Source of the DNA: Amoebidium appalachense | Lineage: Eukaryota; Protista; Ichthyosporea | Assembly: GCA_963693365.1 (NCBI GenBank) | Contig: CAVNZM010000013.1 | Span: 4,888,640-4,952,639, forward strand | DNA: 64,000 nt | Direction: 5' to 3' | Part shown: positions 28,918 through 64,000 of the stretch, in pieces | Position numbering within the stretch: position 1 is the first letter of the stretch | Layout: each line of letters starts with the position of its first letter | Notes under the pieces: model-generated | Told to the model about the DNA's origin: nothing | The model's input: only the letters and a program-made list of their open reading frames with translations | Database searches by the model: none | Position numbers and translations under genes: made by a program

Positions 28918-29042
28918 GAACTACAAATAGTGTAGTGTTAATGTTCGTGTAGTAGGTGTTATATGTGTTAGTATAGTTTTAGAGTTGCATCTTAGGTTTA
29001 GGTTGCATGCGGTACATAGATAGAACACAGTGCAAGTGGGGG

Positions 29043-29348
29043 TGTCGAACAGGATAGCCATCCGGTATGCCCTGCGTTAGCGTAGCACTAGTGATCGGGA
29101 ATATTCGAGATATTCGGGATAAACTGGTGGATAGGTTCACGATAGATCAGGATAGATCTAGAAGAGTCTAGAAGATTCTATTGGAGTGCTTTGATTGGTA
29201 GCGACTAGATCCATAGCAGCGGGTAGACCAATCGGGAATAGTATTTAACATTCCAGTGGGCCAGACCACAAGTATATAAAGGTCCCGGCGGGCCAGTCAA
29301 TGCAAGTCAGCAAATAATAAAGTCTCACAGAGAAACCTCTAAGTTACA
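29043..29348 (+). repeat. 3' LTR of copia element
   Basis: 306-bp direct repeat of the 5' LTR, TGTCG…TTACA. Confidence 0.95.
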
Positions 29349-31937
29349 TTACTGATCTACAAACTTGAAGCCGTGGAGGAAGGGGAAAAAGGGATGTAGG
29401 GCCTCGGGAGAGAGATTTTGACTCTTCCTCTCCCTTTTTAAATTTCCTCCCTCCCCCCCCCCCCCCCCCCCCGCGCACCCACCCACCCCCCTCTCCCCCC
29501 CCCCCCCCCCCCCCCCCCCCTTTTCCTCCTTCTCCCCTCCTCGCCCTCCCCCTCCCTCCCGAATCCCCCCGCCCACCCTCTATCTAGATCTCATTCTCGC
29601 TCAGCCCCCACCTCCCCCCACACACTCTCCCAGTCCCCCCCTCCCCCCCCCTCTCCCCTGTCCCCCCCCCCCCCCCCTCTCCCCCCGCCCTCCCCGGCAT
29701 ATGAAAAACGGAGGGGGGGAGGGGGGAGAGGGGGATGTTTAGACCGCAGCGCACGATGAAGAGGGCCAGGTCTCCTGATAGTACCGCTAGCATGAATCAT
29801 GTGTCTATTGACCCTCGCGTGGTTCGTATGAACATACAAAAAATGCCAACTGCATTAGAATGCCCAACTATTAAAAGCGCCGCGCAGTACTTAGATTTAC
29901 ATGACTTACGGAAAATTTCGAGGTTAACAATTTTCTACAGTTGAATGCCATGATCTCCTGGGTAAAATCCCAATCATATAACGAGCGGTCCAGCCTTTCA
30001 GAAAAAAAACTTTCATTCGTTTTTTGAGTCATTTACGTATGATATGTGATGTTCTTGTTGCTTCATCATCGTGCTACTTCATTGAGTATCTATCCACTGA
30101 ATTTTTTTTTAAAAAAATAAGGAAAGAGACGATATGAATGCAATGATGTATGGGCACATTGATGAATGTGTAAAGCGTGTTTCACCAAAAAAAAAAAAAA
30201 AAAATAGGGGGGGCGACCACAATGCAACGTACCCACTTGGCCACTGATGTACATCCTACGCTTGAACACTATCCCGTTGGGTTAGCATGCACAATTATTA
30301 CGAGAGGAGGGGGGGTTACTCCAGGCTGATAATTGCTACAATTGAATGTGACGGAATAATTCAACAAACATACTTTGAGTGTACGGTACTTATGTGAGGC
30401 TCTAGACGTATATAGTCATTGCACTACTTCATTTATATCAACGGGTAAATGATTTTTTAAGTAAAAACCGTTGGCAAAAGTCGAATGCATGATGCCACAG
30501 TAATGGATTGACGCACCGTGACTAGTGCATTTTATGTTTCAGCGACAGAATAGTGAGCGGCAGCACTGCAACGTAGCCGAAAGGTACCAAGCTTCGACCT
30601 GAACACTATCCCGTTGGGATAGCATGCACTAATATTAAGAATAGGCCGCCCAAGGACCAGCAGAGTTTTGATGCTTTTACCTGAGTGCAGTCAACAATAT
30701 CATCACAACCACACACACATCTTAGGGAGGGGGGAGGGGGGAGGGGGGAGGGGGGGGGGGAGGGGGGAGGTCAAGAGTGTGTGAGGAAGGGGCAGATGGG
30801 AGAAACTGAAAAGGGGGGGGGGGGGGAGGGGGGATGAGGGGGAGGGAGAAGGGGGGGGGGGGGGGGGGGGGGGGGGGATGTGTCAGGATGGGGGGAAAAG
30901 AAGGGTCGCGTGATCACGTGGTAATAGAGGGACAGGTTAGATTGCCTGACAGTTACTGCCTGGCTGCATGGTGTATACGCATGTAATATATATGACCTTC
31001 GTGTGGTTCGTATGAACAGATGTTGTTACATTGTGGGGGTACGCATGAATACTCTGTCAAAGCAGCAATCATAATTTACACAGGCTAATGAGAAGCAAGA
31101 TTGGTAATAACTATAAATCATTGAAGGAATACGGGTTTTCCCGACCAACTAGTTATAATGCTAATGGTATGATTTTACACTGTGATAAATCAAATGCGGG
31201 CATTAAAATTTTCTATCAAGGAGTTCACTGATCCGAACAAATCTTCATTCATTACGAAACACACTTCAATCACTTTCACTCAATGCAATAAATCCTAATG
31301 ACCGATCATTTCTGTAGGTAGCAGTGCGATTAAAGCCCATGTAAGCTATGCCATTCAAACCCATACCGAATAGTATTCGAAATCCACATCGTAAACACGA
31401 TGACAAAAGTACGGATGAATACTTGTTGTAAAGAGCTTCAAAGTCTACATTACATATGTTCTCTAGTCTAAATGATACCACACACGCTGCATCAATCTCA
31501 CCATTTCACCCAGCGTGCATGCGGGTGGTGACACTTCAAGGGCATGGGACAGGTGGCACAACACCCCAAACCAACCCCAGATTAGATAAGTAAAACTAAC
31601 CTAGTAGATGATGATACAGCAAAACCATGGGCACGATCAAATGCCAAACCGCGCTAAAAGCTAAACTACAGCACATCATTTTTCTCTATCATGGGGAATA
31701 CTTTCAAAGGACTGAAAAAATTCTGAAATGTCGCCAAAACCAGCACATACGTTCCGAGAGCCAAGCAATACCTTTTTCTTCCAAACAAAGATGGGAAAGA
31801 TGGGGCCCCGCCATAAAACTCTTCTTAAGTCGGAAAAAACACAAACTCACTGAAAACCACCTCCAAAATCCCTCACACCCGTCATTCTTCTCCCAAAAAT
31901 AGAGCGAGATACATGCAAATGAGTAAGATATACGAAA

Positions 31938-52189
<20,252 letters not shown>

Positions 52190-52622
52190 GTTTCTTGTTT
52201 TCTTTCAAGACCTGGACATATATATATCTATATATATATATATATACACCAAGTTAGTTTGGTTGGACCAACCCACTTGCCCGTATATACAGGAACCTAT
52301 CTGCTCAGGCTCAAACATAAGCTCACACATACGAAAAGAGAGCGTATCATGGGGGGGGAGGAAGAAGGAAGTGAGAGCGATGCACAATCTTCGTGTTAAA
52401 GATGCATCCAAAAGCATGGCAACATACACGAGCAGCCCCACACTGATACATAGACAAATATTACAGCACATGAACGTACAGCTGGACATGTGAGCAGATG
52501 CGTGCCCCCCTCTCCCCCCCTCCCGCTCCCCAAACACACACACACACACACACAAGCACACACAAAGGCATTCAAGCTCCTTCTCACTTGGGCTCAAGGC
52601 ACACAGACACCAGGCACAGCAC

Positions 52623-52665
<43 letters not shown>

Positions 52666-54155
52666 CTGTGTTCACAATCGCCGCCGCCCCCCCCCCCTCC
52701 CCCCGCCCAACCCCCCCCCCCCCCCACACACACACACACACGCGCGCGACAATGCGCCCTCCACCGAATAAATTGCCTCATGCCTTGTGCAATCCCTCTC
52801 CCTCTCCTTCACGCTCCCATCTTGTCGCCCTCCCAGCCTCACCACTTTGTCCAAGGAAGCCCCCTAACCAGAATTTCTGCCTCGAGACAAGAACCATCAG
52901 TCCTCGAAGAAGGTAGTCGAAATATATTCCGAAACAAAAGACACCCTCAACACTCACCTTGATGCCTCCACACTTTGAGTGTCCTTGTCTGTGAGGTAGC
53001 CAACAGAGCCCCAGGCTATTCTCGACAAGTGCGCAAAGGGAGCAGTGGGAGGATCCAGAGAAGACCGGCAGACGCAAATTTTGTTGTCGTTTTTAACTCT
53101 GTCTGCTTGTATGTAGCTGTTAGACAGGCATATGGGGCTAAAAGGAGAAGCGGGAAAGTGGATGGGGATGGGGAAGGGGTGGAAGAGGTTAGATTGAGGA
53201 GGAAGGGGGGGGGGGGGGGGGGGGGGGAGGGAGGGGAGGGGGTGGGGGGGTGGAGGGGGAAGGGGGGAGGGCGAAGTCCCACGTTTGAACGGGTAGATGA
53301 AAATGAAGAGGGACAAATAGTGAATGATAGGGAGAGAAAAAAGAGATTTAAAAAAGTGAGTTGGTGACGGAGAAGAATAAAACAGCGGTGCTTTTCAGTC
53401 TATATTAAAAGATCTTTTAAAATCTAAAACCGAGATCTTTGGAGTGAGCACATCAGACCTGTCTAAGTGATCAAATCAACGAGATCGCACACCGTGTTAT
53501 GAGCGCATATACAGAGAACAATACAATACCAAACCAACCTAATGGACGCCACTAACCTAGCAGTACATATACAGTTGCCGAGGTAAACTAGAAATATCAC
53601 ACACGAGCTTCGTTTTGTGTTAAAGTGTTGCACGGTGGACGACGTGAACGGTTTTGCGGCGATGATATTTTGGATCCGCTTATCCAATCAGTTGGCACCT
53701 AGATTTTCGCCAAATGACATCTCTACACTAAATGTTATATATGTTTGTAAATAAATGTTTTTGTGAACACAAAGTTTTATATGTTTATGATCATGGGCTG
53801 TTATATCTAGAAGCCATTGTCTTGCCTTTTATGGAAGGAAGTTGTTCCCAGCCCGAATTCCAGCGCCCAGCGGCACAGGGAGGTGTCCCACGTGTACATA
53901 CATTGTATGACATGTGCTTTGTGTCCTTTCGAGTGTCTTGTGTATGCATGTATGACACAAGAAAGCAACAGCTCTAATGTCTGACACCAAAAAAGTCTCG
54001 AAGAGTTAGCAGTCGGCACTACAGTGTATTCTTGGAACGTCACAACTGTGTTTCTCTCCTTATCACCATGATCGCCATTGTATGTACGTTTGATACATGC
54101 ATGCACACCTGGACCTGGCACGTACTGACGGTGCCTGGGCTGCTATGAACTGTTC

Positions 54156-54254
54156 TATTTTTCCTTACACTCTCGCGACCGCGTGCATGCTTTTTCTCGC
54201 GGCGGCTCTACGGTCCCGAGAGTCCAGTGTTCGCTGTGTGTGTAAGGAAAAATA
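54156..54254. repeat. Perfect 15-bp inverted repeat around a GC-rich spacer (MITE-like remnant)
   Basis: TATTTTTCCTTACAC (54156-54170) / GTGTAAGGAAAAATA (54240-54254). Confidence 0.6.
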
Positions 54255-55373
54255 CGAGTCACCTCAGTAGGTGACAGCACCTGGACTGAGAAGATCTAGA
54301 AATGTTACCGGCACCTAATTGCCAATGGAGCGGAAGCACGTTGGTAATCATTGATGTTTGAACGTGTGTGTCATGAACTGGATTAACGATGGTTGCAGCT
54401 TGTCTTGTATACGTGCATTACGTGATGCCGTTCCGAGCATATGCATGGACATGATAGATGAGTTGGGCTCAGCTGCATACGGTATAAGGTAGATGGCTGC
54501 TGCAAGGGGTTGCGCATGCCCGCTCCCACCCCACCTCCCCCTAGATCCCACACATACACACACGCACACACGCACTACAGTACGCACGCACGCACACACA
54601 CCACACAAAAGCAGGCACACCTACATAGGCCTGGTCCCGGGATGTTGATTCCTCCCGGTCCTCCCCCCCTTTTCCTTCTGGGCCCTGCCCCAGTGTCCCA
54701 GTTGCAAAACAAACCTCTCTATAGCTGTGCTCACGCATGCATGCACACTATAACATATACTCCGGCGCAGCATGTCATACAATCAGCACAAACGCAAAGC
54801 TCACCAACTCGTACACACTGATACACAAATCAGTCGAACAGAGCCACACACAGGCACAGTCACGGTATCACACACACACACGTTCATGGAGACTAACACC
54901 CGCCCCGTCTGCCGCCATTACAACGCCCCAAACATGGCCCGAGATGGTATGCGCACGACGTGCACCATGCAGCTAGAGTAGCACACTTTTCATTTAACAC
55001 AGCTTGCATACCTATATGCACACATAACCACTTACTTTCTATCTCCAAGTTGAATTTCATGTCTAGAGATGTCGACTCCAACAGGCCTAGGCCTGCAAGT
55101 CCTAGGCCCGCAAGTTTTATTTTCCGTAGCACTGGGTTTGAAGAACCACAAGTTCTGAAAATATCTGAAATCCAAAAAAACGGGTTTACCCCATAAAAAC
55201 AGATAATTAAACGTCCCTTTTTCTCATTCAAACCTGTGTAGGCATATTATTGCCCTAACACAAGTATCATTCGTGCATCTACCCATCGCTGCAGATGTGC
55301 TTCGTGCAAAGCCTTGTCTAATAAAAGGTTTCTGTTTCATACGTGATTAAATCAACACTGCCTGCAGCTGAGG

Positions 55374-61487
<6,114 letters not shown>

Positions 61488-61625
61488 GTTGGTGGAAGCA
61501 GTGGAGCAAACTGCATAAGTGGGGAGGGGGACCTTGTGTGTTGCGTGTGTATTGAGGTGGCAACAGAGTTGCGGGCAGGAGAGGTGTGTATGGATGTGCT
61601 TGTGTGTGTGTGTGCGCGCGCGGGG

Positions 61626-61658
<33 letters not shown>

Positions 61659-61659
61659 G

Positions 61660-61722
<63 letters not shown>

Positions 61723-62018
61723 CAAAGCGAAAAATGCAGAACAGACCTGTGGAGAAAGAAAATGGAAAAGTTAACAGAGGAATGTGCTGGAAGTGCTGGG
61801 ATGATAGAAGAGGCAGAGCGTCGAATCTCAGAGGTGAGAGGAAGTAGAAACAAGAATGAAAGAGCTGGAAGGCCAAAGCAAAAGGAACAGGAAAGAAGTC
61901 AAACGGGTAAATAACCGCACGGGTCGGTGTGTGCTTGTGGTTGGGTGGGTGGATGGGTGGGGAGAAAGGGGGGAGGGGGGGGTTGAGGGGGGAGCCCAAC
62001 CATGCTTGTCCTGGTTGT

Positions 62019-62079
<61 letters not shown>

Positions 62080-64000
62080 GGCAAGCGATGCAGAGTAAGT
62101 TGTTTGTTTCCTTAACGTGATAAATAAGGGGCACTTACCCCCTGCCCCCCTCCCCCACCTCCTCCCCCGCCACCAGCCCTCCCCCCCCCCCCCCCCCCCC
62201 CCCTCCTCCTACACACAAACACACACCCATCCCCCCTCCTCTCCCCATCACTCACCCACCCACCCACCCACCCACCCATGGCCACCCACCCGATCCTCCG
62301 CCTCCAACCCTACTCCTAACCCCTTCTGCGGCTGCCCTGTCACCCACCTTCCAAATTCCTGGCGTTGACACATCCACACTGAAAGCTGCCTGCTGCCATT
62401 CTTGCTTGCCTTAAACCCAGCGCCTACAAAAACAAAACAGCACAAAAACAACACCGTGTGAATGTTTTTTTTTTGCACCGTGTTTTACACAAGCGCTTGG
62501 CCCTTCTGTTACCAGCGCCACAGCTAGCGCTCCGGCTCACGGATTCCTCGTTACTGTCACATATAATTCGATAATGGTATGGATGTCGAGGGAACCTAAA
62601 CATATACAAAAGCGTAATACCATAATATCCGAAAATAAACTTTTTTCTTATGTGCCTGTATATATTTTTAAAAAAACCTCGTATTATACAACAGAGATTA
62701 GGCTTTAGTGGAAAAAAAAATACAGACAATAGTCTGCTTTTAGTGCAACCTCTAAGTTTCTAGTATATGATTCGAAAGCGTTATTCGAATGCTTCGCGAA
62801 ACACCTTGAGTCACCCCCCTAGGACAGCCCATGTGATGACCAAGGGCCAATCAACGGGTCTACAGAAAGAGTCGCCCTTATTTGCGGTCAGATTGTAGCC
62901 AATCATATGAAAGCACGACTCCCACATTTTTCTCTAACGGTTGATGCCGGCCGGCGCTCCCGCCGATGTCCTCTCCGAAACATCTCAATCGAAACACCCT
63001 GGCGCATTTAATTAGTGTACTGTATATGTACGCAGTAATATTAAACACCAGTAATATCCACCACCAATAGCTGCTAAACCCAATTTTATATGATGTTTTT
63101 ACATGTTTCCCCTTTACAAAACAGCCGGTATGTAGCTGACCGGTTGTTGATCTCCAGCCCGGCACACTATCGATGTACTATGAGTCTTTTATCCAACCAA
63201 TATTGTTGGATAAGACTCCCTGTCTTTAAAATACATCTAAAATCGATTACATTAATTGTTATGTTTAAAGTCATGCAGTATACACATCATTACCAAAACA
63301 TCGCCATGACCTGCCTGCACAAGGCCCAACCCCCACCCAAATCCCGTACAACGGCCCGTTTCTCGCCCGCACACTCCCACCTGCCCGCACCTGCCCTCTT
63401 GCACCGTATCAGTTGGCAAGCCCTTTTTTTTTTTTTTTCTCGCTCCGACACTTCATAAATTACAACCTGTGTGTTTACTATTTTCTGTGTGTCCCGCTAG
63501 CTCGAAAGCGAGTAAGTTTTTCGGCCTACGGTAGTGTTGCGCAGGGAGGGAAAACAGTTGTATTATTGCACGTGTTTTTGGCACCACGTGTCAGCCAAGT
63601 TTGCCTTTTTCGCGTGGGTTGAAACTCTACCCTTTCTGCTACCCATCTTTTTGCGGCGTCGACAGAAGAGCACTATCTACTCCTCAGAAAGCTCCGTTTA
63701 CTTTTGCTCGATGCTTGCACAAGTTCAGGCAGAGTGGTGCGGTTCTGCACATGCGCCAGCCTCAGCTGGAGCCACTGCAGAGTAAGGTCAGTTTTTATTG
63801 TTTTTGGGGGGTTGTTGTCTCGACACGCACGGGTGATTATACGCGTTTATAAACAGCAGCCTTCAGTCACCGTTACTGCCTCAAACGCGTTTGTGCTTGA
63901 CCCTAGTGCTTGTGCATCCTCCTTTTCATTACTTCTCACGTCAGCAAACAAGTAGGCCCTGCTCACCAATTGATTGACTCCTCGGGGCTTTTTTGTGTGC

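Larger units (their letters stand above)
22454..29348 (+). mobile_element. Full-length Ty1/copia LTR retrotransposon (interrupted by a nested element)
   Basis: TG...CA ends; 5-bp TSD TTACT (22449-22453 / 29349-29353); LTRs 22454-22758 and 29043-29348; PBS GGTTATGGGCCCAG at 22759-22772; PPT AAGTGGGGG before 29043; domain order gag-PR-IN-RT-RH. Confidence 0.98.

Noticed and set aside
29700-31900. AT-rich region with short duplications (GAACACTATCCCGTTGGG at ~30264/30601; GTGGTTCGTATGAACA at ~29819/31003)
   Set aside because: Probably old transposon debris, but no termini, TSD or coding motif could be supported.
63400-64000. Possible 5' exons of a plus-strand gene (donor-like GTAAG at ~63512 and ~63782; CCAAT boxes at ~62847 and ~62899)
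   Set aside because: No recognisable coding sequence within the window, so a feature cannot be defined.

Overview
This is an intron-rich eukaryotic genomic window, probably from an opisthokont; a unicellular holozoan is plausible, but that is inference. It is saturated with G/C homopolymers and (CA)n/(GA)n microsatellites, so most ORFs in the six-frame track are artefacts. Three spliced host genes can be rebuilt exon by exon: a Galpha-i/o-type G-protein alpha subunit (+, 12499-17687, 7 coding exons, 352 aa); a 6-phosphofructo-2-kinase/fructose-2,6-bisphosphatase (-, 52189-31938, 16 coding exons, 494 aa) whose phosphatase domain looks catalytically dead; and a roughly 148-aa protein of unknown function (-, 61487-55374). 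Mobile DNA includes a young full-length Ty1/copia element (22454-29348) whose RT is split by an antisense non-coding LTR element (25736-27707), an intact Penelope-like element with an N-terminal GIY-YIG domain between poly(C) tracts (43411-46624), a dispersed 5'-truncated retroposon family whose best-preserved copies end in TTCAAA+poly(C) and which lies sense to the host genes in every copy seen, and several MITE-like palindromes. The first 9.7 kb is a distinct island of short orphan ORFs and modular GTGTGAGGCCGG repeat arrays. The arrays flip polarity around a divergent gene pair, and the island ends in a ~93-bp tandem array. It may be the end of an endogenous virus or giant/foldback element, but no hallmark gene is visible in this window. 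All coordinates and alignments were read by eye; no searches were run.
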